Source: Desulfatiglandales bacterium
GTDB lineage: Bacteria; Desulfobacterota; DSM-4660; Desulfatiglandales; Desulfatiglandaceae
Assembly: GCA_963662465.1 (NCBI GenBank)
Contig: OY759599.1
Span: 7,296,001 to 7,360,000, forward strand
Direction: 5' to 3'
Length of the DNA: 64,000 bases
The translations under genes and the position numbers were made by a program. Shown here piece by piece: positions 9,670-21,416 of the stretch (its first letter is position 1; each line of letters begins with the position of its first letter). Under the pieces are notes generated by a model. It worked only from the letters and a program-made list of their open reading frames with translations. It ran no database searches and had not been told where the DNA came from.

Positions 9670-11638
9670 CCTGAGTTTACGAATTAGCAAAAGTCAATCT
9701 TGTAACTTGCTGTTATGTCTAAAAAATTTCACCACCATTTGTACCCCCTAACTTAGCAAATATTGTTCCATTTTGAATAGATCGAAAAGCCGTTTTTGGA
9801 CTTCATCCATCTTGGAAACAACCGATTGCGCTGGCTGTTTATTTTTTCGTTTCGGAAATACATTGAGAACTTCTCGTATTCCGAAAAGTTTATCATGTAG
9901 TCTATTTATGGACATAGGCATTGATGCTTCCTGAGTCCTTTTCATTATCAAGGCTCGAAGAAGCAAGGATAATGAACAATATAGTCCATGAACCTTTATC
10001 TTCTGGTCTGTCCAATGAAACATGGGCCACCAGGTTCCAGTTTTTCTGTCTTTCATTTGTTTAAAAACGTTCTCAATAACATACTGGCTTCGATAAGTAA
10101 CTATAATATCTTCTGTCGACCAGCTATGGTTGTCTGTTATGATGATATTTTTCCCCAAATATGTATCGGAAAGCTCAGCATAAGAGTTGGTGTCTAAATT
10201 ATAGGCAAGAACCGGAATACCATTATGTTCAGTAACAGTTGCTTTGATTAAAGTCTTCATATGTTGACCGGAAAGAGTTGATGCTACTTGTTTTTTTATG
10301 GATTCCTTGGTCGGTGTTTTTCCTTTGGTGATTCTTCCCGCAACACGGTCTTCTAATTTGGTAGAAATAACTAAAAGTTTGCCAAGACATTTATTTATTT
10401 CATTATTAATGGATTTTATTTGTGAAGTATAAAGATTGTTGTTGAAGGAAACCACAACAGTCAGGTCTTTTCCATATATTTTTTTCTGTGTGCGAAATGC
10501 CTTAACCTGATCCAATTTGGGATGTGAGAGGGGAACAAGACATTTATCGTTATTGGAAATTAAAGCTAAATCCTTATGATCATCCGGCTTGACTGAACCG
10601 ACAAAATGAAAACCGGAGTCCCCTACGAATTTATTTAGGTTTTCTTGAGAGTTATTGCCTTTATCAAATACGATTGTTAAGCCATCGTTATTTGGTTTCC
10701 TATCTTTAAAGGCACGGAAAAAGTTTTCAATTACTATTCCAAACTCTTTCGAATCATGCGTGTTGCCTTCAAACACATCAAAGTATAATGGAAAATGGTC
10801 CTTGCGTGTGCAAAACAATGCATAATTGATTTGTCTGAGGTTACCGCGCCCCTGTTTATTTTTTCCTCTTTTTGCAAGAGAGCAACGTGTATTGAAAGAT
10901 CCAATGAAAGAATAGAAATTAGTTCCATCATAAGATGCGCAAGACAAATCAATATCTTCTCGATCCAAGATTGAATTTACAAGTTTTAACCATGTTATTA
11001 TTATTTTATCCTCCTTAATGGAAGACATGTTATCCCAAAAACGTTGGGAACTCAGAGACGTTTTATCCGCTTCAGGAAATACTCGAAAAAGAATAGTATC
11101 CTGAAACCATTTCCACATAGAACGTTTACTAACAGCCTCTATTCCACGGTTTATCGCAGCCAAAGTCAAATAGAACCCAACAGATAATCCTTGATTTCGT
11201 TTAGGTAAAACACTATCAAGAATCGAGATCATATTGATTTCTTCAGCAATGTTTAAATAGGCTGCGGGACCACCAAGCTGAAATATCTCTGCATATGTCG
11301 GTTTTGGAGGTATCCCCTCTACGGCTGCAATTATTTTCGGTAAAGATCCTAAATATTTCTGCCATTTTCGTCGAGGCTTCCCATCTACCCGCTCACTTTC
11401 CTCAGCGTAATAATAGGTGATGCCTTTGATCTGTTTGCGAGTAATATATGCCATAAAACATGTATTCCCTCTCAAAGAATGCATTATTAGGGGGTACAAA
11501 TATCACAAAAAACACGTTTATGTCAAGCTATACCTGCATTTCATGGTTCATTAAAGTTAGGGGGTACACTTTAAATCTGTAACTATCAAAAAATACACGA
11601 TTTATTTGATTAAGGTGCGGTTATTTCGTAAACTCACG
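9670..11638 (-). mobile_element. IS1634-family insertion sequence, apparently intact
   Basis: Terminal IRs CCTGAGTTTACGAA (9670) and TTCGTAAACTCACG (ends 11638), CTAA on both flanks (exact boundary ambiguous by up to 3 bp); AT-rich relative to the flanks. Confidence 0.9.
9748..11454 (-). CDS. IS1634-family DDE transposase
   Basis: YDGTNFY, RGKNKQGR, VFDKGNNS and YRSQYVIENVFKQMK motifs. Confidence 0.92.
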   Translation of the reverse strand: MAYITRKQIKGITYYYAEESERVDGKPRRKWQKYLGSLPKIIAAVEGIPPKPTYAEIFQLGGPAAYLNIAEEINMISILDSVLPKRNQGLSVGFYLTLAAINRGIEAVSKRSMWKWFQDTILFRVFPEADKTSLSSQRFWDNMSSIKEDKIIITWLKLVNSILDREDIDLSCASYDGTNFYSFIGSFNTRCSLAKRGKNKQGRGNLRQINYALFCTRKDHFPLYFDVFEGNTHDSKEFGIVIENFFRAFKDRKPNNDGLTIVFDKGNNSQENLNKFVGDSGFHFVGSVKPDDHKDLALISNNDKCLVPLSHPKLDQVKAFRTQKKIYGKDLTVVVSFNNNLYTSQIKSINNEINKCLGKLLVISTKLEDRVAGRITKGKTPTKESIKKQVASTLSGQHMKTLIKATVTEHNGIPVLAYNLDTNSYAELSDTYLGKNIIITDNHSWSTEDIIVTYRSQYVIENVFKQMKDRKTGTWWPMFHWTDQKIKVHGLYCSLSLLLRALIMKRTQEASMPMSINRLHDKLFGIREVLNVFPKRKNKQPAQSVVSKMDEVQKRLFDLFKMEQYLLS

Positions 11639-11685
11639 CTAAAAGGGAAACTTAAACCATAATTTCAAGTCAAACCCGGAAATCT

Positions 11686-11741
11686 ATCTCGTGCAAAGGC
11701 GCAAGAAAACGGTGCTTAAACCTTTGCGTCTTTGCGCGAGA
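11686..11741. repeat. Palindromic CGCAAAGA-type repeat downstream of flxA
   Basis: TCTCGTGCAAAGGCGCAAG ... CTTTGCGTCTTTGCGCGAGA inverted pair; the same motif occurs at 58419-58447 and near 59170. Confidence 0.65.
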
Positions 11742-11772
11742 CTTTTTTGGGTTACGGCTACGTCGTCTTAGC

Positions 11773-12615
11773 CTAATACTCCCCCGGCATGGTTTTGAGC
11801 TTTGCCAAGGGAAAAACCGGACCATCTTTGCATACATACTGGTCGCCGATGTTGCAGCGTCCGCAGATGCCGATGCCGCATTTCATGCGCATTTCAAGAC
11901 TAAGAATAATCCGGTCCGGCGAAAATCCCAGCTTTTCCAGGACCGGCTGGGTGAATTTGATCATGATGGGCGGCCCGCAAACGATGGCAATGGCGTTTTC
12001 CGCGCTGGTGATTTTCTGCTCGGTAATGGTGGGAACGAACCCAACATTGTATTTCCAGTCCGGATCATCTGTGCCGTCCACGGTGATGTGCATGTTGATG
12101 TCATCCCGCTGTTCCCATGCGGCCAGCTCGTCCTTGTAGAGGAGCATACCGGGACTTCTGGCGCCGTACACGACCGAGATGTCCGCAAATTTGGGCCTGT
12201 TTTCAGGGTCCAGCATATAGATGATGCTGGAACGCAGGGTGGTGAAAGCGAACCCGCCCCCCACGATGACCACATGCTTGCCTTCCATCTCGTCCCAGGG
12301 ATACCAGTTGCCCAAAGGGCCCCGAATCCCCATGATATCCCCTTCTTTCATGTTGTGCAGATGGGTGGTGACCAGTCCCACTTTGTTCACCGTAAAGGCC
12401 ACAAACCCCTTTTCCGTGGGCGAAGATGCGATGCCGATGGGAATCTCTCCCTTTCCGGCAATAGACAATTCGCCGAATTGCCCCGGTGTATAGGCGAATT
12501 TTTTTTCGTCTTCCGGGTTGATAAACACAAACCGGAAAGTTTTGAGGTTTTTATCCTCTGTTTCCGTGACAATCCTGTCAATGCGAACAGGATAGGGTAA
12601 ATAAGGATTTCCCAA
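11773..12615 (-). CDS. flxA: FAD/NAD(P)-binding flavin oxidoreductase subunit (FlxA, AsrB-like)
   Basis: PGQF, RGPLGN, GGG, VCGPPIM and MKCGIGICGRC...CKDGPVF; TTG start behind a G-rich RBS. Confidence 0.9.
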   Translation of the reverse strand: MGNPYLPYPVRIDRIVTETEDKNLKTFRFVFINPEDEKKFAYTPGQFGELSIAGKGEIPIGIASSPTEKGFVAFTVNKVGLVTTHLHNMKEGDIMGIRGPLGNWYPWDEMEGKHVVIVGGGFAFTTLRSSIIYMLDPENRPKFADISVVYGARSPGMLLYKDELAAWEQRDDINMHITVDGTDDPDWKYNVGFVPTITEQKITSAENAIAIVCGPPIMIKFTQPVLEKLGFSPDRIILSLEMRMKCGIGICGRCNIGDQYVCKDGPVFPLAKLKTMPGEY

Positions 12616-12691
12616 TTGAATCCCCCCTCTATTATATGCGCCGAACACCTATCCGCTCGGCGTTTAATTTTTCAACAGGTACGCGGTTGCC

Positions 12692-13732
12692 CTATGCAAA
12701 GTCATTCATCAACTTGCAGACTTCCCGGATATCGATGTTTACCGGACAATACCGGACGCAACGACCACACCCGGAGCATTGAACCCCGTTTTCGTATTTA
12801 TCCACATAATACTTGAGTTTATGCATGAAACGCTGTCGCACCCGCTGGAATTTGTTGGCTCTTGGGTTATGGCCCGACCCATGCAGGGAAAAGAGGGGGA
12901 ACATGCACGAATCCCAGTTGCGAATCCGATCGCCCTGTTTCCCCAAAACTTCATCCTGGATGTCGAAACACCAGCAGGTGGGACAGAGATAGGTGCAGGT
13001 GCCGCAGTTAAGGCAGGCAAAAGCGACATCCTGCCAGAAAGGAGCGTCAAAAAGTTCGGTGGTCACTTTTTCTTTCAATTGGTCCGTGGGAACGACGGCC
13101 GTGATCTTTTCCCGGGCCGGCCCTTTCAGGGCTTCGGCCGCCGCAAGCGTCCCATCGTCTGCGGCATTCCCGCCAGGCGCTTTTTCCAGGAATGCTTCTC
13201 CTTTATCGGTAATAGCTTTTGCCAGGAACCTTTCCCCCAGATCAAAGAGCAGTACATCCAGCCCATTTTCATTGAAGGGGTCGCCTCCCACCTGGGTGCA
13301 GAAACATGTGGTGCAGGGGTCGTTGCAACCGAGACCCACCAGGGTGGTGGATTCAAAATGTCCTGTCCACCAGGGATCCTGGTATTCGGGACTGTCGAAG
13401 TTGCGTTTTACGATCTGAAAGGCATGGGCATCGCAGGGTCTGATGCCCACAATTGCACAGGGTGAATAGTCCTTGGGTGATTCCTTCAGAATATGGGCAT
13501 CGTCGTCTGTTTCATCCAGGGAGTATTCAAACATTCGCTCCGATTCCGGATAAATTACGGATTTGGGAGGGAGTCTGCTGTTTTCATAATCAAAGTCCGG
13601 CTTTTTGTCTCCGTTAAGGAGCATAAAGGTGTGAAAATCTCCATCCTTCACCGGGCCAAAGATTCTATAGAACTCCTCTAAGCCCTTCATGGCCCCCAGC
13701 CATTCTTCCTTGGTGAATATTTTTTCCGTCAT
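12692..13732 (-). CDS. flxB: 4Fe-4S dicluster protein (FlxB, AsrA-like)
   Basis: GIRPCD, CLNCGTCTYLCPTCWC, RQRFMHK and CSGCGRCVRYCP. Confidence 0.9.
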   Translation of the reverse strand: MTEKIFTKEEWLGAMKGLEEFYRIFGPVKDGDFHTFMLLNGDKKPDFDYENSRLPPKSVIYPESERMFEYSLDETDDDAHILKESPKDYSPCAIVGIRPCDAHAFQIVKRNFDSPEYQDPWWTGHFESTTLVGLGCNDPCTTCFCTQVGGDPFNENGLDVLLFDLGERFLAKAITDKGEAFLEKAPGGNAADDGTLAAAEALKGPAREKITAVVPTDQLKEKVTTELFDAPFWQDVAFACLNCGTCTYLCPTCWCFDIQDEVLGKQGDRIRNWDSCMFPLFSLHGSGHNPRANKFQRVRQRFMHKLKYYVDKYENGVQCSGCGRCVRYCPVNIDIREVCKLMNDFA

Positions 13733-13773
13733 GGTAGATCCTTTGATGATATGCGTTAGTTGCCGGTTCCCGC

Positions 13774-14724
13774 CTATTTGATGAAGTCGTTGTAGTCATC
13801 GGGCCGGTAAACATCCAGGGGCGGGCGTTTTTCCGGGTCAAGCCCCGCCTCCCACGAGAAAAGCGCCTGGGTATCCTTATTGAGTTTTTTGGTAAACTGT
13901 CTCATGGAGATGCCCATGGGGCAGACTCGCTCACAGGCGCCGCAATCGGTACATCGTCCGGCACAATGATAAGCCCTTAAAAAATGAAAGGTCATGGTAT
14001 CCGTGGGATCGATGCTTTTCCCCACCCACTGGGGCGCGGATTCATCCACGAAACAGGTGGGGCAGTAACACAAGGGACAGGCATTCCGGCAGGCGTAGCA
14101 CCTGATGCATCGGCTGATGAGCCGTGTAAAAAATCCCTGCTTCTTTTCGGGATCCATGGCTTCGATTTTTTCCACATCCGTATAGGGGTTGACGCCTGTT
14201 TGTTCCACGACCGGGTCGCCCAGTATTTCATCGTACATAACGGGGTTGCGGTGGGTGCAGACCGCACAGTTGCTTTGAAGGAACTTTTGTTTCTCAAAGG
14301 TTTCCTCAAAATCTTTACCCTTGACCACAAATTTAGCCCCGTTCTGTTGGATATCAAGGATTTCCTTATTCTTGACCGCACGGGCCACGGCCCGATGGTC
14401 GATCATCCCTTCGCAGGGGATGCCCACAATGTAGAGCTGATCTCGCTTGATCTGATTTTCGATAATATGGGTGACAATGTTTCTCGAATTGCATCCATTG
14501 GCGATGATGCCGATTTTGTCGGTTCGCTTGGTCAGATAATTGCAGAGGTTCAGACCGCAAAAGTTGTCCCAGTAAAGCTGGTCCACTTTATCAGGATGGT
14601 TCACCAGCAGCGGCTCGTTCATCATGGGCACCGTTCCTTTTTGGTAGCCGATGAAAACCTCCACCTTTTCCTCTGTCAGCAACCTTTTGGCGGTTTCCCT
14701 GATTTTTTCAGTGTATTTGAGCAT
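13774..14724 (-). CDS. flxC: 4Fe-4S dicluster protein (FlxC)
   Basis: CIRCYACRNACPLCYC and CTDCGACERVCP; position in hdrA-flxDCBA. Confidence 0.88.
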   Translation of the reverse strand: MLKYTEKIRETAKRLLTEEKVEVFIGYQKGTVPMMNEPLLVNHPDKVDQLYWDNFCGLNLCNYLTKRTDKIGIIANGCNSRNIVTHIIENQIKRDQLYIVGIPCEGMIDHRAVARAVKNKEILDIQQNGAKFVVKGKDFEETFEKQKFLQSNCAVCTHRNPVMYDEILGDPVVEQTGVNPYTDVEKIEAMDPEKKQGFFTRLISRCIRCYACRNACPLCYCPTCFVDESAPQWVGKSIDPTDTMTFHFLRAYHCAGRCTDCGACERVCPMGISMRQFTKKLNKDTQALFSWEAGLDPEKRPPLDVYRPDDYNDFIK

Positions 14725-15155
14725 TATGCCACCTCGGCTCTCGATTTAATGAAATAACGGGTCGGGCCCAGGGCCTTTACTTCTTTCGCCACAGTGTTTG
14801 CTACGTCAACAAACTTGGTTGCTTCAGCTGACGATATCCAGGAAAAATGGAGTCTGCCCGGTTCAAGGCCGATATGTTCCAAAAGACCCTTTAAAAGTGC
14901 GAATTTCCGTCTTGCGTAGTAATTACCTTCCAGGTAATGGCAGTCGCCGGGGTGTCAGCCGGACACCCATACGCCGTCAGAACCGTGACGGAAGGCCGCC
15001 AGTACGAACTTCGGGGTTACCCGGGCTGAACAGGGCACCCGGATGATCCTGAAATTCGGCGGATATTGAAAGCGGCTCACACCCGCCAGGTCCGCTGCAC
15101 CGTAACTGCACCAGTTACAGAGAAAGGTTGTGATTTTTGGTTCCCAATCGCTCAT
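14724..15155 (-). CDS. flxD: MvhD-like [2Fe-2S] subunit (FlxD), selenoprotein, 143 aa
   Basis: FLCNWCSY...[20 protein letters not shown]; the frame continues to a TAA overlapping the flxC ATG; the TGA (14955-14957) sits at the conserved Cys of GCHPGDCHY. Confidence 0.93.
14921..14957 (-). promoter_or_regulatory. Putative SECIS element of flxD/mvhD
   Basis: UGA followed by the hairpin AUUACC-UGGAA-GGUAAU. Confidence 0.75.
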
Positions 15156-15346
15156 TCCCTCATCTCCTATTGTAGTTAAACATCGTTTCCAATGAAATTA
15201 GGTTTGGGGTGTAAGGCGTCAGGTTAATGATCAAGGTATTTTTCGCTCCTAACACCTAAAACTTAAAACTTAAAAAACCCCTATACCACATCCCGAATTC
15301 AAATATTAGAAAAAAATGCAATTTTTAAAACGCACCATCCAAACCT

Positions 15347-18300
15347 CTAAATCTGGTTGATCATGGCCATAATCTGTGCTTCCCCAAATCCCTTCAGGTT
15401 TAATGCGCCGGACCTGCAGGATGCTACGCAGAGGCCGCATCCCTTGCATAGGATAGGGTTGATCTCGGCTTTGCCCGCAAATCGTCCTTCTTCGAGGAAA
15501 GACGGGGCTGAATAGGGGCAAATGTCCGCACAGACCCCACAACCACTGCAAAACAGAGGATTGACCTGGGCAATGGCGCCGCTGACCTGGATTTTTTGCC
15601 GGGCCAACAGGGTGATGGCCCGGGAGGCTGCGGACTGGGCTTGCGCTACGGACTCATCAATGGGTTTGGGATAGTGGGCCATGCCGCATAGGAAAACACC
15701 ATCCGTGGCAAATTCAGAGGGCCCCAGTTTGGCATGAGCCTCCACAAAAAAACCGTCTTCATTCATGGGCACCTTAAAAAACTGGGCCAGTTGTTCATCC
15801 CTGTAGGGCACAATGGCCGTGGCCAGGGAAACCAGGTCAGGCTTGATCAAGACAGGCCGATTCAGGATGAAATCCATCGTCCTGACTTCAAGCCCATCGG
15901 GTCCGACGGCGATTTGGGGTTTTCGGTCCAGGGAGTATCGGATGAAAATGACCCCGGCGCGGCGGGCGTCCCGGTACAGGTATTCCCGTTCCCCATAGGT
16001 CCGAATATCCCGGTAGAGGACATAGATATTCATGGCGGGGTTGATCTTTTTCAGATGAAGTGCACTTTCAATGGTATGGGTGCAACAGACCCGGGAACAA
16101 TAGGGCCGCCCTGGTTCGCGGCTTCCCACGCACTGAATGAACAGGGCGGTATTGATTTTCTCAAGATCAGGATCCTGGTTGATGAGTTTTTGATCCAAGT
16201 CCAGGTGGGTCAATACTCTGGGGTCCTGACCGTACAGATATTCATCGGGCTTGTATTCTTCCGCGCCGGTGGCAAGTACCGCCACGCCGTGGTCAAAAAC
16301 CGTTTCTTTGCCGTCGGCTTGAAGGGTGGTTGTGAAATTGCCCACAAACCCTTCCACGTTTTTAAGGGTGGTTCCCAGGTGCAGGTGAATATGGTTGTCT
16401 GAACGTACCGATTCAATGAGGGTCGCCAGGTTTTGTTGAATCGACTCATTCTGCCAGGTTTGGTAAAGGCCGCGGGCCTGTCCCCCCAGTCGGTCCGAAC
16501 GTTCCACCAGAAAGACTTCGTAACCCTGTGCGGAAAGGCTGCGGGCGCAAGCCATCCCCGAAATTCCGCCGCCCACCACCATCGCTTTCTGGTCCACATC
16601 CACTTCAATTTCCTGAAGGGGTTCCAGGAGTGCCACCTTGGCCACTGCCATGCGCACCAGATCCTTGGCCTTTTCCGTGGCCATGGCCGGATTGTTTTTG
16701 TGTACCCACGAGTCCTGATTGCGGATGTTGGTCATTTCAAACAGGTATTTGTTCAAGCCCGCATTCACCAGTGTTTCCTGAAAAAGGGGCTCATGGGTCT
16801 TGGGGGTACAGGCCGCCACCACGATACGGTTGAGACGGTTTTCCTTGATGACCTGGGTGATGGCATCCTGGGTGTCCTGGGAGCAGGTGTAGAGGTTGTC
16901 GGCTACATATTCTACAAAGGGCAGGGAGGCGGCGTAATCCCTTACGCCGGGAACATCCACCACGCCGCCGATGTTGATGCCGCACTGGCAAACGAAAACC
17001 CCGACGCGGGGGCGTTGACCCGTGATGTTCTGTTCTTCGGGTGTTTGCCGGGTTCTGGTCAGGGTGTTCCTTGCCGTGCTCATGACGGCGCCGGCTTCCG
17101 CAGCTGCCGCGCCGGCTTCGATGACGGACTGGGGAATGTCTTTGGGACCGGTAAAAACACCGCAACTGAAAATTCCTTTTCTGCTGGCGGCCACCGGGTG
17201 AAAAGAACTGGTTTGGCAGAAATGACCCAGGGTCATGTCGATGCCTATCCGCTCAGCCAGATTGATGGCGTCCGGGTCGGTTTCAAATCCCACGGACAGC
17301 ACCACCAGATCAAAGTTTTCGGTAGTTGCATTTCCCTCTTCATCAGCGTATTGAATCGACACCTGGTTGTTTTCGTTAACGGAATCCAGTGTATGTACTC
17401 GCGATCGGATGAAGCGGACGCCGTGCTTTTCCTCGGCATCTTCATAGTATCGCTCAAAGTCTTTGCCGTGTGTGCGCATGTCCATGAAGAAAATGGCGCA
17501 ATCCAGTGCCTGGGTTGCATGCTCCTTGGCAATAACGGCTTCCTTAATGGCGTACATGCAGCAGGCCGCGGAGCAGTATCCGTTGCCGCATTGATTGACG
17601 TCCCGGCTTCCGATACACTGAAGCCATGCAATTTTTTGGGGCGCCTGATGGTCGGAGAGTCGGACCAGATGTCCCAGGGTGGGCCCCGAGGCGGATAGAA
17701 TTCTCTCAAATTCCATTGATGTAATGACGTTGGGGTGCGTCGAATAGTTGTAGCTTTTGAGCCGACTGGGATCAAAGGGGCGATATCCCGGGGATAGAAT
17801 AATGGCGCCCACTTCCAGCTCAAGCTTCTCGGGCATCTGGGAATGGGTAGCCAAGGTGACGGCGTCAGCGCCGCATGCTTCAACGCATTGAAAACACTCA
17901 CAGCAATAGCCGCAATTAAGACAGCGATCGGCTTCTTCCTTCCCCGCTTTTTCCCCAAGGCCCAGTTCTACTTCCTCGAAGTTGCTTTTTCTCCGGTTCA
18001 AATCGAGTTCGGGCATCCTGGCCCGGGCCATGGCAATGGTATTTTCGGGAATGGGACGATGGACCGGGTGTTCGTTGACCATGGGGGTTCGGTTTTCAGC
18101 CATGTCTTCTTTGTTGAGGTAGCGAACCATGGATTCGGCCGCTTCACGACCCGCCGCAATGGCGCCGATGGCGATCCAGGGACCGGTCTGGAGATCGCCG
18201 CCGGCAAAAACGCCTTTTCTTCCGGTTTCGTAGGTCACCGGGTCCACTTCAACGGTGCCCCATCGGGTGAATTTAAGACCTTCGACGTCTTTCAGGGTGG

Positions 18301-19783
18301 AAAGGTCGGGGCGTTGTCCGATGGCCGGGATGAGTTGATCGATATCCATATCAAAATCACTGCCCGGAATGGGGACGGGCCGTCGCCTGCCCGATGCATC
18401 GGGTTCGCCCAGTTCCATGCGGATGCAGCGCAGCCCGGCCAGTCGGCCATTCTCCACCAAGGCAGCCTGTGGTGCGCAAAGGTAGGTCAGCGATACCCCT
18501 TCGGCCTCCGCCGCCTGGATTTCTTCTTCCCAGGCCGGCATTTCAGCCCGGGTTCGGCGATATAGAATCGTGACGGACTCGGCCCCCAGCCTGATGGCTG
18601 CGCGGGATACGTCAATGGCCACATTGCCGCCCCCCACAATGGCCACTCGTTTGCCCACCGGTGCTGTCCCTTCAAGGTTTACTTCTCTAAGAAAATCAAC
18701 GCCCTGTCGAATGCCATCCGTCTCTTCTCCGGTAATGCCGAGGCCAATGCCCTTGTGGGCGCCGAGGGCCAGGTAAACCGCTTTGTAGCCTTTATTGAGA
18801 AGGTCGTCCACGCACAGGTCCGGCCCCAGGGGCGTATGGGTTTTGATTTCCACTCCCAGGCGGGTAATGATTTCGATCTCTCGATCCAGGATGTTTGGAG
18901 GCAGGCGATGGTCGGGAATGCCCACCCGCAGCATGCCGCCGGGTTTGGGCAGGGCTTCAAAAATAGTGGATAAAACGCCGTTTCGGGCCAGGTGATAGGC
19001 AGCGGAGAGCCCGGCGGGACCGGCGCCGATAATGGCTACTTTTTCTTCCCTCGGGGGGAGGCAGGGGATCTCTATGGTTCTGGGATCCACCTGGTCGGCG
19101 GCGAGTCTTTTGAGGTCCCGAATGGCGACGGGTTCATCCACCTGTGCTCTTCTGCAGGCATCTTCGCAACCATGGGGACAGATGCGGCCCAGGACGCCGG
19201 GCAGGGGTAGATCCGCCATAATAATCTTGAGGGCTTCCTCATATTTGCCCTGACCCACCATCTGCACATAACCCTGCACATTCAATCCGGCCGGGCAGGC
19301 CAACCGGCAGGGCGCCTTATCCGTCTTCTGGATGGAAAAGCTGCCCGGAATGGCCTGTGCGTATTTTTTAAAGGTGGCTTTTCGTGCAACCAGACCCTGA
19401 TCATATTCGCTGGGCAGGGAAACGGGGCAGGCCTCGGCGCAATCACCGCAGGCCGTACATTTATTGGGGTCAATATAGCGCGGGGTTTTTTGAATGGTAA
19501 CCTTGAAATTTCCCGTGGAACCCGTAACCTCTTCCACCGTCGCGCAGGTGATCAGGTTGATGTTCAGATGCCGGCCGACCTCGACCAGTTTAGGGGAAAT
19601 GATTCACATGGCGCAGTCATTGGTGGGAAAGGTCTTATCCAGTTCACTCATGACCCCGCCGATGGCCGAGGATTTTTCCACTAAATGAACAAGGTATCCC
19701 GAATCGGCCAGGTCAAGAGCCGACTGCATTCCCGCAATGCCGCCTCCGACGACCAATGCGGAACCGATGGTTTTATTGGGCAT
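15347..19783 (-). CDS. hdrA: Large heterodisulfide reductase A-like flavoprotein with inserted GltD-like NAD(P)H-binding module (HdrL type), selenoprotein, about 1478 aa
   Basis: ORFs 19604-19858 and 15347-19537 join in-frame through TGA 19604-19606 ([24 protein letters not shown]); [34 protein letters not shown] and ferredoxin motifs; GGAGG RBS before MPNKT. Confidence 0.93.
19571..19606 (-). promoter_or_regulatory. Putative SECIS element of hdrL
   Basis: UGA followed after about 14 nt by the stem-loop CUGGUCG-AGGU-CGGCCGG. Confidence 0.7.
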
Positions 19784-20187
19784 GAAAGGTTCCTCCGATG
19801 CGCTTTTAACAGGGTTGTTAGACCGCAAATTCATACCTTCGAGAACCGTTACGCGCAAAAATCCTGCGTACGCCGTTAAAACGACGGTTTATGACGTGCT
19901 ACCTGTTTAACGTCTTTATTTTTATATTCTTTTAGTGCCGAAACAGTTTCGAAAAATATGCCGAACAAATCAAATTCGATATTCTATCATGCGCTTGACG
20001 AAAGTATCTTTCCCACTATTTCCAGGATCTGTCAATAAAAAATTTTCTGGTTTTTTGCCGTTTCGGGTTGTGTAATCGTTAATGGCCGCCGGTTTTTCCC
20101 TGGGATCTTGAACCTGATATGAAGGGATGCTACACTCGTACAATTTTTATTTGTTTTCGTCGGTTTTTAACGAAAGGAACCTATAAT

Positions 20188-21402
20188 ATGGTATCAACCA
20201 TTCGGGAGAAGGCTCTGGCGGAGCGTACCCGAGAGTTGGCAACGGTATTGAACGGGATTCAGGATTTTATTCTGGTGATGACCCCGGATCGAAAAATCGT
20301 GGACGTTAATGAGGCGTTTCTGGAAAAGATGGGGTATACCCGGGACGAGATCCTGGGAAGAACTTGCCATGAGGTGTTTTTGGATATGGCATCCCCCTGT
20401 GAACCCGGGGACAGCGTCTGCCCCCTGAATGAGGCGATTCAACATCGGAAAAGTACGCAACAGGTCATGATCCGGCTGGATCACCAGGGCAATCGGCGTT
20501 ATATTGAAGTCTCCATTTACCCCATATGGGAAACCAACGGCGAAATTGTGAGATTTATTGAAATCAGCCGGGATATTACCAAGCGAAAAATGCAGGAAGA
20601 AGAAATGACCCAACGCCTGGAGCAGATGGTGGCGGAACGTACCCGGGAGTTGGAAGAGACCCATGTGAAACTGCTCCATCAGGATAAAATGGCGTCGCTC
20701 GGGAAACTTTCCGCATCGGTGGTTCATGAAATCAACAACCCCATTGCCGGGATTTTGAACCTCCTCATGCTCATGAAAAGAATTATCCGCGAAGATGGGG
20801 TGGATGACCGGAGCGTTTTGAAATTCCGGAGGTATGTGGAACTGATGGAGACCGAGACCCGCCGTGTGGGTCGAATCGTTTCCAACCTCCTGCTTTTTTC
20901 GAGGCAATCCAGGGCTGCCAAGACCCCGGTGAATTTGAATCCCATTATTGAGCGGGCCCTTGCGTTGAATGCCAATCTTCTGGAAGTCCGCCATATTCGG
21001 GTGAAATCCGATCTGGATGCGCATTTGCCCCGGGTGTATGGATCCGAAGATCAGCTTCAACAGGTGTTCATGAACCTGATTTCCAATGCGGTTGAGGCTA
21101 TGGAGGGACTTCAGAAGGGAATCCTGAGTTTGAAGACCGAATATTTGTCTGAAGCGGATGTTGTTCAAGCGAGTGTTGAGGATAGCGGGACCGGTATTTC
21201 AAGTGAAAACCTGGACCGGATCTTTGATCCCTTTTTTACGACGAAAAAGCGGGGCAAGGGTGTCGGTCTGGGACTGTCCATTGTATATGGGATTATTGAA
21301 GAGCAGGGCGGCGACATCCAGGCGACATCGCAGGAGGGCAGGGGCGCTGTTTTTAAGGTGCGGTTCCCCGTATATGGGGAAAGCGAAAAAGATAACGTTT
21401 AA
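20188..21402 (+). CDS. Cytoplasmic PAS-domain sensor histidine kinase
   Basis: PAS domain, H-box VVHEINNP, QVFMNLISNA, DSGTGI, FDPFFTTK and GVGLGL; no TM segment. Confidence 0.93.
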   Translation: MVSTIREKALAERTRELATVLNGIQDFILVMTPDRKIVDVNEAFLEKMGYTRDEILGRTCHEVFLDMASPCEPGDSVCPLNEAIQHRKSTQQVMIRLDHQGNRRYIEVSIYPIWETNGEIVRFIEISRDITKRKMQEEEMTQRLEQMVAERTRELEETHVKLLHQDKMASLGKLSASVVHEINNPIAGILNLLMLMKRIIREDGVDDRSVLKFRRYVELMETETRRVGRIVSNLLLFSRQSRAAKTPVNLNPIIERALALNANLLEVRHIRVKSDLDAHLPRVYGSEDQLQQVFMNLISNAVEAMEGLQKGILSLKTEYLSEADVVQASVEDSGTGISSENLDRIFDPFFTTKKRGKGVGLGLSIVYGIIEEQGGDIQATSQEGRGAVFKVRFPVYGESEKDNV

Positions 21403-21416
21403 GCCCGGGGTTTAAT

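Noticed and set aside
16433..17698. 421-aa plus-strand ORF
   Set aside because: Antisense shadow of hdrL with no recognisable motifs.
14955..19858. hdrA and mvhD as nonsense pseudogenes
   Set aside because: Both stops are TGA at conserved Cys sites with downstream hairpins; selenocysteine explains them better.
19930..19970. Sigma-54 promoter for hdrL (CGGCATATTTTTCGA on the minus strand)
   Set aside because: The -12 element reads GA rather than GC; too weak to report.
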